Origin: Lama guanicoe
Taxonomy: Eukaryota
Assembly (NCBI GenBank): GCA_013239625.1
Contig: MU056000.1
Coordinates: forward strand, 14,598,851 to 14,662,850
Length of the DNA stretch: 64,000 nucleotides
Direction of reading: 5' to 3'
Shown here: positions 12,055 through 24,588 of the stretch, piece after piece
Layout: every line of letters starts with the position of its first letter
How positions within the stretch are numbered: the stretch's first letter is position 1
Notes under the pieces: generated by a model
The model's database searches: none
Told to the model about the DNA's origin: nothing
What the model saw: the letters and a program-made list of their open reading frames with translations, nothing else
Program-made: the position numbers and the translations under genes

Positions 12055-12645
12055 TTAAAAACCACTTTATTGACATTTAAGTGACATACAAAAAGCTGTA
12101 TCTATTTAGTATATAACAATTTAATGAGTTTGGAGATAAGTATACACCCCTGAAAGCATCAACAAGTCAATAAATGCCATAAACATGTCTCTCACCTTAA
12201 TAGTTCTTTCTCACATTTATTTATTTATGCATTTTTGATGCTAAGAACACTCAACATAAGATCTACCCTCCTAGCAAATTTTAAGTATAAAATACTGCAT
12301 TGTTAACCACTTGGCTCCATGATGTACAGCAGATCTCTAGGAATTACTCATCTTGCATAACTGAAACTTTGTACCCTTTGACCAACACCTGTTTTCTACT
12401 CTCTTCAGCCCCTGGTAACCACCATTCTACTGTTTCTATAGTGACTGAGCATCCTCATCTAAGTGGGATCATTTCTTCTTCCCTATTTTAATATAAGGTC
12501 CTCCAGGTTCATCCATATTCTCACAAATGGCAGAGTTTTTTTTCTTTTTAAGAGTTGAAAAAAATTTCACTGCATGCAAATACCTCATTGTCTGTCCACT
12601 CATTCTTCGATGTACATTTAGGTTGTTTCTGTGTCTTATGGTTCC
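12055..12645 (-). mobile_element. L1MA8/L1MA9-like 3' UTR
   Basis: TTTGGAGATAAGTATACACCCCTGAAA...AAGAACACTCAACATAAGATCTACCCTCCTAGCAAATTTTAAGTAT...GTACAGCAGATCTCTAG...CATAACTGAAACTTTGTACCCTTTGACCAACA. Confidence 0.85.
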
Positions 12646-13065
12646 TACTTGTATAGCATTTTCCATGTTTACCTTTCACACTATTTGTGTCTTTGAATCT
12701 AAAGTGTAACACTTGCAGAGATCTTAAATTAAAACATCATTTGGATTGAAATCAATTCCAACTTAATTTCAATAGTAGGTAAAACTACTCTGATATATCT
12801 CTCTTCTCTCTCTCCTCCTTTTTGCAATTATTGTCACACAAATTGCATCTTTGTAAATTGCAAGCCCATCAACATAGTTTTATATTTACTGCATAGGTGT
12901 TTAAGTTACAGATTAAGAAGAGTGTTAGAAATAAAAATATATTCATATTATATGGATTTGTATATTTATGTAAGGTTACCCTTGCTAGTGCTATGTATTT
13001 CTTCATTTGGATTTGAACTCTTGCCTAGGGTACTTTAATTTCAGTCTGAAATAACCTCCTTTTAA
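12646..13065 (-). mobile_element. Old L1M fragment (inter-ORF/ORF1-side region)
   Basis: CTATTTGTGTCTTTGAATCTAAAGTGT...CCAACTTAATTTCAATAG...TATTGTCACACAAATTGCATCTTT...ATTTCTTCATTTGGATTTGAACT. Confidence 0.6.
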
Positions 13066-13414
13066 GTTTTTTGTTTGCTTTTTTTTTAATAAGGAAGGAC
13101 TGCCGTCCTAGAAATATTTTTTCCTAATCAGCTTTTTAATGAGAGTTGCAAATATTTTCCCAAATTTTTATTAGATATTTGTGTTTGCTCATTATGGTTA
13201 TTTTTTTCAACTTTTTTTTTTGATATTTTGGTACTCAAATTAATCAGTCTTCCTTTTTATTTTCAAATTCCTAAAAGCAAGAGAGGCTATTTAGAGAATC
13301 TTTCTCTCTCCAGCCTTATCACTTTTTTTCCTCCTCAAATTTTACCCTTTAACTTATTTCCATTTCCATGAAGAGTCATGCACTTTTTTTTTTTTTTTGT
13401 TGCCTCCATCATTT

Positions 13415-13700
13415 TAATCCCGTATCTTCTGACTAGAATCCATTTCCTACCACATCTCACCCTTGGTAAGTTCCTCTTTATGTTTCAGGTTTCAGATTAG
13501 TTACATGATCCAGAAGGCTTTACTGAGCCCTTCCAAGTATAAACTGCCTGCTTCTCCTCTACATTCCCTACACACCACCCCTATTTACTTCTTGGTGACC
13601 CATACAAATAGTTAAGAATGAGGAGGACCATGTCTGTTTGGGTCACTTTTAACCTCATTATGTGGCATACAATAAGTAGTATCAAACATATAAATGGATT
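13415..13700 (+). mobile_element. L2 3' fragment
   Basis: TTCCTCTTTATGTTTCAGGTTTCAG...CCAGAAGGCTTTACTGA...GAGGACCATGTCTGTTTGGGTCAC...GTGGCATACAATAAGTAG. Confidence 0.55.
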
Positions 13701-13954
13701 TCTGCAATTGAAATAAGTTTGCCTTATGTAATTAGTTATATTCACAGGTGAAAAAAGTTGTAAGCCATATTTATTGCAGGTAATTAGATTAAATCAGCTT
13801 ATGCGCTGTTAGTGCAAATTACATTAAAATGCAAAGGTGGATTTACTGAAAACCTAATAAAGTTTAAGCCTCAGGTTCCCTCAGTTGTCCTACTTTATTA
13901 CAAGGTCATGTATTTGAATTTTAAATTTTGCATTGTTTTTATTAAAAATACACC

Positions 13955-14147
13955 TAGGGTTGCCAGATTTAGAAAGGAAAACACAAGATGCTCAGTTACA
14001 TTTGAATTTCACATAAACAGCAGATAAATTTTGAGTACAAGTATAATCCACACAACATTGGGATTTATGGTGAAAAAGAGTTATTTTTTGGAGTACAGAT
14101 GTAACTGAGCACCTTGTGTTTTCCTTTATTGTTTACCTGGCATCTTA
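13955..14147. mobile_element. MER53 palindromic hAT-type MITE
   Basis: Starts TAGGGTTGCCAGATTTAG, contains CAGTTACATTTGAATTTCACATAAACA, ends CTGGCATCTTA; ~190 bp with long internal inverted repeats. Confidence 0.85.
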
Positions 14148-15213
14148 CAATGCAGCAAAATCCAAACACCACCACCAAATTATCTAAGCTGCAGACCATG
14201 CAAAACATGAGTCTGCCTCTCTTCTATTGCTTGACATAAATTTGAGTTATCAAAAGGTCAAATTTAGATCCGAGGTTTAATATTTTCATTGAACATAAAC
14301 CAACAAATGTATATCTTTTGCAAACGTAACTTAAATAGATAGTTGTCTCTAATGCATTTTTATATTATATATTTTATATAATTAAATACATTATATTGGT
14401 TAAGTTCTTTATAAAAAGACATGTCATCATCAACATTGCCAGACTGCCAGTGAGAATCACTAAGATGAATATTTACAGTTAGTTACTGTGCATTGAACCC
14501 TACTGTATTCCATGAACTGCACAAGACCTTCAGATGCAAGATAAAACAGTCCCGATCACTTTAAATGTCTGGAAAGATTCTACAATGATATCAAGCCATA
14601 GACTTATCAGTCAGTAATTGTAATATAAGTTACTCCATTAAATGTCAGCAAAAGGCTATTAGGTTCCCATTCAATAGCCAGAGAAGTTTGATGGTTTTGA
14701 GAAGGTATGCACATTTAATTATTGCCAAACAATACATAAATATATGTATGATTCTGCCATATGTTTTCTTCAAATAAGGACAACGTAATTTTCTCCTATT
14801 TCCCAGCTTTTATGCTTTCAAAAACCCTCCTAAATGGTAAGTTTCAGAGAAGTATGAGAGTCACATTTAAAATGCACATTGAAAAATATGGAAGGATTTT
14901 AAATTTTTTGAACGTTTGAAGCAACCCAGCAGTATTGTGATATTTGCAGATGAGCATCTTTATTCTAGCCCAAAATGTCATAGAAAAGGCTTCCCAACAC
15001 CCAATGTTCAGCAGGTTTATCCAGTAAGTAAAAAGCTTCAGCATTTATTAGAGCTTGACATGTCATCTCAGAAACAAATAAACCACCAGTTATGAAAACC
15101 CAGTGATGGTCCTTAGATATGGTTAATCAGTATAATAACAGTTCTACCAAACTATTGAAAAATGCTGGCAATAGACTATGAAAAGGGACTTGTTCATTTC
15201 TTACAAGCATATT

Positions 15214-15678
15214 TGTAAGAGCCCGGACTCAGCACAAAACAGATGTCATACTCAAATTAGAATAAGTTGAGAAAAGTTTAATAAAAGAGCTATTTACAAA
15301 AGTGTGGGACAGGGTGGGGTAGTATCCTGAAACTAATTTTAGAAGAGCTTTTACCATCTTAACTCCAAAGAACAGGGGGAATCGTTATCAGAGATCAGAA
15401 GAGTGATGTGGATGTAGAGGTGGCTGCTTGAGAGGAGCAGGGACTTTTTGTCTCCAGACACAGCAGGCTTGTGTGGTCCTGGATGGGAAAGAACCCAGGT
15501 AATAAACACGTCCGCCTCATTCTCCTCCTTTCTTGTGACCTGTTGGAGCTCCCTTGGGCTCCAACTCCATCTGAAGCAAATTTAAGGGTTCCTATCCAGT
15601 CATCGATACAGAACGCACTCCAAGGGCAGAGAGGAGAGAGGGACAAACATGAACTGTGCAAACTACAAATCAGCAAGA
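15214..15678 (-). mobile_element. LTR33-like ERVL solo LTR
   Basis: AAACAGATGTCATACTCAAATTAGAATAAGTTGAGAAAAGTTTAATAAAAGAGCTATTTACAAAAGTGTGG...GGTAATAAACACGTCCGCCTCATTCTCCTCC. Confidence 0.75.
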
Positions 15679-16916
15679 CAAAGCAGCCGTTCAAACTCTA
15701 TCCACTTGCTTTCCTTACCACTTCATCCACATAACTGTGACTAGGTTTTCCTCTTTCTGACACCAGAACCTGATATTTGGACAAATCCGGACTAATTTGT
15801 CAAAAGATGTGGAGAAATATAAGGAATGGCCCGATGTAAAATGCTGAATATGAGATACACATACAATTCTTGTTGGGGTGACTTAGACGACTGTAAATAC
15901 AGTCACCCCCAGAAGAGCTGAATTAAAATGTATAGTGAGGGCTGTAGGTGATTGCTGTGCCGGGCAGAAGTTCCAATCACATTAACACATCGTGTGCCAA
16001 AGAGCAAGCAAGAAACCAAGCAACGAAGACCACCTCACATATAAGAACCAAATTAAAATTTTCAAGAACAAATGATATTCATGGTAGACTGTGACAAACG
16101 CCTTTTTAGTAAAATGAGATGGGCTCTTCTAGCATGCCTATGACCTTTTTTATAGGTTATCACCATTCATATTAGTACAAATGTAAAGTCTCAGAGAAAT
16201 AAAACTGGCAGAAAAATCTAAAATTCAATAATTCTATCAAGAGGAAAAATAGCATATGTGGAAGTTTAGTAATGAATCATATATCTATAATTTCTTGAAT
16301 TATTTAAGAGACTGGAAACATATATATCAAAACTTCAGGAAACTCACTTTAAACATGTACGAAAAAGCATAAATATATTATTTTACCATTATAATATCTG
16401 TACCTGCATATAATGCTTCTACAAAACCAAACTGAATGTCTGTCGAAGAACGCAGCTGTTAAGACTTTTCTCTAGTAGAGAAGGCAGTAAAGGGAAATAC
16501 AATTTTTATTATGAATTAGAGGAGGTTCCTTCATGAGAGAACTGAGTTTTCATGAATGCCAGGTTGACATTTACAAAATTGATATTGCTTGACATTTAGA
16601 TGAGTTCTACAGAATTATGTGTACATGTTCTAACATCATGCAAACTAAAATACATTTGTAATGTTTAAAGCACTTTAAATAATATCATTGTTGTAAGAGA
16701 CTGAGAACAAGTCTAGTTTTAAGTATAAGTAGATTTCAGACTTGAACAATGAAACAATGATATATGACTCAGAAGTGGGATCTCAAAGCAAAATAGATCA
16801 AAAAGTCAAGCTATCAGAATAGTGTTGCATGCTCTTATTTTATAAAACAATACTTTAAGGTTTTGACTTGCAGGGTAGAAGAAAGGCAAGATACCACGTT
16901 AAAAAGAGGACAGATT

Positions 16917-16992
16917 TCAGGTTGAGCCATATAAAATTGCTGATATCCAAACATCTTAACTTGCAAAGGAGACAAATATCAAATGATACAAA
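16917..16992. mobile_element. MADE2-like mariner MITE remnant
   Basis: AGGTTGAGCCATATAAAATTGCTGATAT resembles the MADE2 TIR (AGGTTGAACCATATGAAATTGCC); the right arm is decayed. Confidence 0.5.
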
Positions 16993-16997
16993 ATGAT

Positions 16998-17232
16998 AGA
17001 GCTATTCATTGAGCGCTTTCTATGTGCCAAGCACTGTTCTCAGACCTTTACGTGTTTCCATTCAGTGCTCCCCAAATCCCAGAAGGCTGGTACTGATAGT
17101 GTCTGCATTTTACAGATGAGAAAATGAAAACAAATTAAATAACTCATCAGGGCTACACCGGTAGTTAATGACCAAGGTTGTACCTGCAGCCAGCCAGTGT
17201 GGATGCACAGCTGTGCTTTCAGCCATTATGTC
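16998..17232 (-). mobile_element. MIR SINE
   Basis: CATTGAGCGCTTTCTATGTGCCAAGCACTGTTCT...CATTTTACAGATGAGAAAATGAA. Confidence 0.88.
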
Positions 17233-17329
17233 ATTCTGTTTCAAACAATGGAGTGTGGGCTGGATGTGGACTTGTTTAAACATCACTGGTTTATGGCGTG
17301 TTCTGCTCTGAAGTTCTGTTCTTGCCCTT

Positions 17330-17660
17330 TGGCAAAAGTTTAAGAGATCTCTAAAACTAAGGGTGTGATAGCAAGCCAGTGGTTTACCAGTTTAATCTAT
17401 AAGCAGTGCCTTAAGATTATTAATTCAGAGGCAGTATGAATGCAAGACAATGGTGGACAAAAGACTGGAGGCCAAAATATTGGTTAACAATTGTTAGGAA
17501 ATGTAGGCTCTGCCTGGCACAGTGACAATGGGAACTGGGAAGGGAGTATATAGAGAAAACACTGCAAAAAAGAACATACAGCTACTGATTGGATATAACA
17601 AGAAAAAGAAAGTAAAGAAATGCTCATCTTCTCATCCCAGTTAACTTAGAAAATTACCTT
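17330..17660 (-). mobile_element. L2 fragment
   Basis: AGACTGGAGGCCAAAATATTGGTTAACAATTGTTAG...CAGCTACTGATTGGATAT. Confidence 0.45.
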
Positions 17661-19741
17661 AAAATTGTTATAAATAGAAAATAAAGACATATTGAAGACA
17701 ATCTTCAAATTGAGATTACAAGAAAAAATCATAAGTGTTTTAAATGCTAACATACCCTTTGGTAGTTTAAGTTTTTTTTTTTTTAAAGCAACGAAATAAC
17801 ATAAATATGTATTCAGTAAGTGCTTAATAAATGGTCACTTCTATTATTATTTTATAAAAGGTTATAAATTCCATCCAGAAGATGAATATGAATATTTAAA
17901 ATCTGAATAAGTGGCAGCATTATTACTCTCCATTCTACTAAACTTCTATTTCAAAGAAAATTTATTTTTGAAAATATTTAATTTTGATTTTTACAAGAAA
18001 TTCCTCTTCAGTATTTGGGAGAGAGAAAGTTTAAATACTAATAGTTTGTTCTCAAGATTGTTAAATAATATAACACATTTCTCCCCAAAATATTAATATG
18101 AATCTTCTCAATTTTGCACATTTAAAAGTAAACTGTGGCTACATTTTACTTTCAGAATGATGCCTATATTCACATAAATATGCATGTGTATATATGTGTT
18201 TATGTAAAACATTTGAGGGCCTCTATATTGTTCCTACTGGTGATTTATTTCAGAAAATTCAATTTGCTAAAAGTGAGTGTATACCATTGAGCACATGCCT
18301 GCAATGATACTCAAATAAAAGAAACAAAACACACAATAACAAGGACTTTGTCACATTCATGCATACGTTTTTCAAGGCCGGCACAGTGTCTCAGGATTGA
18401 AGGTAATCGACAAATGCTTCTAGGGGAAAAAAAGGAGGGGGACATCGTTGACCAACAGGATAAATTTCCTCAAGATAGGCCTTCACTCTCCTGAGCGAGT
18501 TTTCCATACTGAAGGTTTTTTAGGAGCTGTACCTTTGTTTCCATTTTCACTGCTACCTTCCACAACAACAGGAACTAGAGTCCCTTAAAAGTAAGTACTT
18601 GTAATATCATATTACATATCAGGATCTGCAAATCTCCTCTCTTTCCCTCCGGAGGAGGGAACTGTCTGCACTTCAGCAGGAGGAAGAGAAATAAATCTGA
18701 CCTGTGAGAGCCTGTAATTCCCTGAGCTACACTTCTTGAGTGGAGAGCGTTCTCCATCCCTCCACCATAACATGGTCTCATCTTCTTTCCCTTTGTTTCA
18801 TATGCGCAGCAACCCCACAGCCCTGTCCTCAGCTTCCTGCCTTTATTGATCTGTACATACATGTATGGTTGGGTCCTGGGTGTGATTTCCACAGGCAGGA
18901 TTGGACTTTCTCATTTACTCTCGGTGTCAATAGTTTGGTGACTGTGGAAGTTGATGTGATGGTTCTGAAATGCATCCCTGCAGTATTCCACTAAGGGGTG
19001 ATTGACGGGCAAAATACAGGAATAAGAGAGTTACTTTGTCACTAGTTCTAAGACATGTTATCAAATTGGTAATTCTTAACTGAGAATTCTCAACATCAAG
19101 GGTTTGGGGCCCCTTTCTAGCAGTTAAATATTCTGAGATTTCAGTTAAGTGCATTTTGGGTATATTCTCTCCTTCACTTGTATCTCAAAAGGGAGAAGAA
19201 GACAACCTCAGTCTTCCCTCATCACCCAGGACCCTGGTCCTTTAAAACGAACAAATGTCTTGTTCTCTAAAATACTAATCTTGAATACAAAGACTACGAT
19301 GTGGAATAAAACGTAATATGTGGAGAGACCAAGGCACTGTGCTAACGTGGCACGTGGGCCTGGTGGAGGCCACCATTTACGTTGCACATGCCTTTGTAGG
19401 CACATGATACTCTTTGATTATATGGGAAAAACAGATTTTGATTATAGCCAGGTTTCATTCTAAATAGAAAGACCTATATTTGATATTTTAGACACACATG
19501 ATTGAAAGTTTCATTAGGTAGGGAAAAGAGAGAGAGGATTGTGCTAGGCTATTAACTGTATTACATAATTATCCATTCTATGTATATCTTTATGCTCAGT
19601 CCTCTGATTTCATTTTAGAGATTGAAATCGTGGCTTTTGGAATCCCAAAGAAAGTCTTTTCTTTGTCAACAAAATTCAGCATTTGCAAATCAATTAACCC
19701 TGGCTTTTGAAGTATTTCCCGAGAGTGGATAAAATAATAAC

Positions 19742-20412
19742 AATTATAATGATAGTTATAGTTTTTGTGAATGTTTACTATGTACCTGTCACTGTTCAAG
19801 GGTTTTGTCTGCATTCATCAATCATCAGTCTAATGTTACACAGTATTCGTTATTATAATCCTGTTGGTTTGCAACCTTGAGTTTCCCAGATGAAAACTGA
19901 AACTGACCCTCACATACAGCAGGCAAGGAGAGACCTAGAAAGAGGTAGACCACTCCAGGCTGGCATGTGGCATGTTTAATAAGCAAGAGAACTTATATAA
20001 CAAGTTTGTCTCGGGTGGCTGAAAGACACGTAGATCTCTGGTCCTACCCACCAGAATCTTAAAGTTCATGTAGAGGTCTTCACTGGGCTCAGTCTCTATG
20101 AAGATGGTCTCAACAACACCTTACTCTCTCAAGGCCAGGCCCTCAGAACAGCTCCCATTGTGAGACCAGTGGGCAAAGCTTATATTCTAAGGACGTGGAA
20201 GGGGTGAGGAGCCTCTGACTTCCCACAGCCACCTCACGAGTTAGCTGGTGGTCACATCCTCTCAATGACCACCTCCAACAAAGCCATGTTGCGCTGATGA
20301 GAAAACTGAGACAGAGGAGGAAAAGTGATTGTACAAGGAAAAGGATGTCAACAAGATTTGAACTAAGTGTTATGGTTCCACATCAGTTTTTCTTAAGAAT
20401 ATGACTACATTG
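19742..20412 (-). mobile_element. MIR split by an LTR insertion (19742-19861 and 20281-20412)
   Basis: TGAATGTTTACTATGTACCTGTCACTGTTCAAGGGTTTT...TTATTATAATCC, resuming ATGTTGCGCTGATGAGAAAACTGAGACAGAG. Confidence 0.75.
19862..20280 (-). mobile_element. Complete solo LTR (419 bp), probably class III/ERVL; family not assigned
   Basis: TG...CA termini (TGTTGG...CCAACA are 6-bp inverted ends); flanks AATCC/AAGCC match at 4/5 positions (5-bp TSD); ATTAAA on the minus strand near 19975-19980. Confidence 0.85.
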
Positions 20413-21129
20413 TTTCTGCCCAAAACTCCATTTTGAAACTGAAGGATGCTCTCATTTGTATTTCCAAAAGATCATCTTACCATGGTGTCACAAGCTCCAG
20501 AGTAAAACGACTAGGGTAGGCACGGTGTTTAAAACACAGCAGAGTTAAAAACTCCTTGGTTTAACATGTCTAAAATTTTCTGTGTTACTGATATTTACCA
20601 GAAAAACTGTTCATCAGGTTGCATCCTGATTTAGTCTTGTGCATTTGTGCACACGACAGACAAAGCAACGGCCACTTTGTAGGTCATGAGATTAAACTGT
20701 AGAAAACACTGTATAGCAAACAAACAAAACTCAAACAGAGCTTAGATTGATTACTTGAGACTTTTGAAATTACAGGGAAAGAAAATGCATTATACATAAC
20801 CAGCAGTTTAATGATTAGAGAAGGTTCATTCACATTTGGGACGTTTTTTTCCTCGGTTGGTGGCACTATACATTTAAACTTATGTTTGTTTATTTGCCTG
20901 CTTCTGTGATGTGATTCTGTCTGAATGTAGACTTTGTGGACATCAGGCTAGGATTAGTAAAATAATATTATAAAGTGTCAACTGGCAAGGCATAAAGGCA
21001 TAATCAAAGGTGTAGGATTTTAACTCTGAAAGTTAGTTAGAACTTTAGTAATGAGAAATGCCGTCTATTTGGTCTAATCAGACCTCAGACTCAATTGGCT
21101 CTTCTGCGCTAGGTGTTCTCTCCCTTTCA

Positions 21130-21400
21130 ATAGTGAGACTAGGTGCACAGCCCTGGGCCTGCAGCTGTTTTCCTGTTACATAATGAAGACCACCCAGAAG
21201 ACAGGCTGGTAGGGAGATGAGAACAAACATCAGCAAAATTAGAGAAGGCAAAATTCTGATAGCATCAGAAACCTCTGGAACAAAGACCATGCCCTTTTTC
21301 TGAACTTTTTGGATGTATAAGAATCCATCATTTCTTTGCTCTCTTTAATCCAGTTCAAGTTGTGTTTTCCCTTAATTTACCAGACACATCCTAACTTATG
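21130..21400 (+). mobile_element. Old MaLR LTR 3' part (MLT1K/L-like)
   Basis: TTCTGATAGCATCAGAAACCTCTGGAACAAGACCATGCC...TTTAATCCAGTTCAAGTTGTGTTTTC...CATCCTAACT. Confidence 0.55.
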
Positions 21401-21879
21401 AGCCTGAAACAGAAGAACCTCAAGTTTCTGAGCAAATGTAGTATCAAATAGTTCAAGTTGATACTGATAAACCAAAAGAAAAAGAGCCAGAGCCAAATCT
21501 GCAGGAGTATAAATAGATTGGCTTGAGCCTTCTCTGTGATCCCATTGCCACAGTGCACATTAAATGTACCTGCGGATGTACAGTGGTGGCCTGTAAGCAA
21601 GGACGTGCATGTGAATGGGGAGAACGTGTGCTAGTGCACGAGTGCAATGTGATCAGCCTGGGAAGGTGACGGCATGATAACGTGCTCCTTTGAAATTGTC
21701 AGGCTCTCTCCACGGAGGATTTCTACCAAACCATCTTCTCCATCATGCTGTTTTATTTTTTAAGTGATAAACCAGGATGCAAAGGGAGTAAGTGTGGACA
21801 CTGGGAAAAGAATGGAAGAGTGAAGCAGATGAAAAAGGCATAACGGAAGCTCAGTCATTCAGAGAGCAGATAATACACA

Positions 21880-22560
21880 AGTATGAGGATGACAGTGATA
21901 TCTTGCACTGAAAGTGCTTGTGGGACATCCATGTGCCAAATTCTGATAGAGAGTAGTAAGCTTGTCTTCTGAACACAGGTTAGAGGAAATGTGTTTAACA
22001 ATCATCAGCGTTGGAATGACTACTGAACCAAGATGAAGGATGAAGAACGCCAGTGGAGAGTGAGCAGGTGGAGAGGAGGGGCATGCTGGAAATGAAACCT
22101 TGGAAGATGATTATATTGAACTGTGGATGAACGAGCAAACCCTGTAAGGAGAATGAAGGCAAAAGAGAGAAAAAGAAGGAAGAAGAGTGTGTGAAACAAA
22201 AGTCAGCTGTCAAATAATACAGAATATAAGTGAAGTGAGAAGGGAAGACGCATTCGTTAATGAGCTGGGTCTTGGTGAACATTTGAGAGCCGCTGCAGTA
22301 GAATGATAAATGAGTAGTGCAATCCTAGATGTGCAAATAACATGGGGAGAACAGACCAAACAGGTCAGAGGCAATGAGAACAACCGTGCTTTCCAGAAGT
22401 GTGTGAGCAGTAAGATGGCATGAGCTAGTCCAGACGGTGTAAACACCACACCATGTTTCACAGAGATGAGTTAAACCCAGTGGTGAAGCTTACAGGTCTA
22501 AAAGGAAAAAACTAATGAAGGGAAGTTGGAAGATCAAATGAAGGAGGGGGGGATCAGTAC
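21880..22560 (-). mobile_element. L2 fragment
   Basis: TGAAAGTGCTTGTGGGACATCCATGTG...AATCATCAGCGTTGGAATGAC...GTCAGCTGTCAAATAATACAGA...GGTCTTGGTGAACATTTGAGAG. Confidence 0.6.
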
Positions 22561-24588
22561 ATTCCAGAGGTTGCAGAAGAATTCAGAAGGAAGCAACAGC
22601 ACCCGCTGATCACAGTAACAGCATAATCAACATCAAAAATGACATCTGCAAACAAACACCACGAACAACTACAAAAATTCTCTTAGGTTCCCTTTCCTTT
22701 CTTTTATCAAAGACTGCAAATGTGGGTAATAATGCAACAATACTGTATTCTAGCATACTGTCTAGGCACAGACCTCTGCTGTGAAAGAAAGACACTGAAC
22801 TGAAATTTAAAACGTGACATTTTCAAGTTACATTATTGAATTTTGTGTTGACACCTATCTTAAATATGTATAAAGAAATTTTAAAAATCACACTACTGAT
22901 GAGTGTGGCTTTTAGAAATAGTTCTATAGACTCTTACAACTAAATGAAATAGTTGAAGGGCTCTTCCATTAAATTTATTTTAATAAACATTTCAATACTG
23001 TTCTAACGTGCCAAACCATGGATTTTGCTACTTTTAACCGATCTGAGTAAACACAGTGTTGATATCCTGATCATAATTATTTTTCTCTGAGGGACTATTA
23101 TAAAGTCTGAATGTCTTGAATTAAATTTTAGTTCCAATTTTGCATTAACGTAAATTCAAATACAGCCTTAACAACTCTCTAATACAATGAAATTCCGAAT
23201 ACGGTGTACTTGAGGAATTAAAGCCTGAAGCAATAATTTCAAATATCAGTTGTTAATTAAGGTGGCGGGCTGTGCAGACCAGTAAATTTCCTATTTTATT
23301 ATGCACCTTTAATTTTAAGTCTGGGATTGTAGTTCCACATCTGCTCATAAAGATACAAGAAAGCAGCGGTTGCAGGGGTGTAAAATCACTGCCCTTGAAA
23401 GGTCTGATTCCTGGTTTCTAATACATGTCTGTATTGATCATCCTGAAGGGAAGGCCGCTTTCCCATTTTCTAATCATGCTTAGAAATCTATAAACATTTA
23501 AAAATCTTCTAACTTAGGCACCATTGGTTTCTCTGCCATTTTCATTTTCAGTGACTAATGAACGTCAAGAACAGGGAAATCATTCCCAAGTAATTACTGA
23601 AAGTAAACTGGTTTATTCGGCCATGACTTATAACACAGGAACACAGGGTGCAGTATATGATTTCTCTCGTTGTATGAGATGGGGAAGTTCTTCATCAGAA
23701 AATCAATAAGATCGTGCGCACTTGTAGTGCTATTAGAAACTGAGTTCACTGTCGCTATATAAACTATGTATTAGGTGTCATAAAATTACTTCTCAGATAA
23801 TGTTTATATCCAACAAATTATTTTCCATAGTTCTAAATAAACACACACAAGAAAAGGATGAATAATGACATCACACTTCAGAATTTCATCATTCCCCCGG
23901 TTACTAAAACTGTCTTTGTATTAAACTCTTAGTAGAGTTATGCACAGGCACTCCGACTGCTACAAGTCGTCTTTTCACTGCCAGGAGCAACACATCATCA
24001 GGGACTCTAACCTTAGTAGAATTCTTTCCTTGGTTACATCCCATGTAAGGCAAGGAGTTTGAGGTTTTAGGGGAATGTGAATCTTTCTTCAGCTCTTTCA
24101 TCATGTTTGTCCTCGCAGATCATGAACCAGGCTTCTCATTTTAGCAAATTTCAAATCTTACTGGTAAATTGGGAAAGAGGAATGTGTTCTACTTTCCTCT
24201 CATAAGATAATAAGTAAATATCTTAATACATATTCTCAAACTAAAATAAAAGTAAATAAAAGCAATATTGCTTTGTTGCAAAAAAAAAAAGACAGGGATA
24301 ATATGAAATGGATAATATAACAATTAAAGATAGCCTGGACATGTTTCATGGACTCAAAAATATACAAAATTGATTGATGTTTATCAAAATAAGTGAAAAC
24401 AGAATTAGCTTACCTAACGATTATTTGACTAAAGTTTTATATAAGTCAATCTGGATATTGCGCATAATGCAGTAGTGACCACCAACATTTTCCATCTCTA
24501 ATTCTAAAGCCCCTCTTCAACATACAAGTATTTATAATCTACTATGATGTTTAAATGTCAAGAATGGCATAAACGGCTGCCTCTACTT

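Noticed and set aside
23904..24104. 66-aa minus-strand ORF with plausible composition
   Set aside because: No recognisable family, no clear splice sites, and no poly(A)/TSD to indicate a retrocopy.
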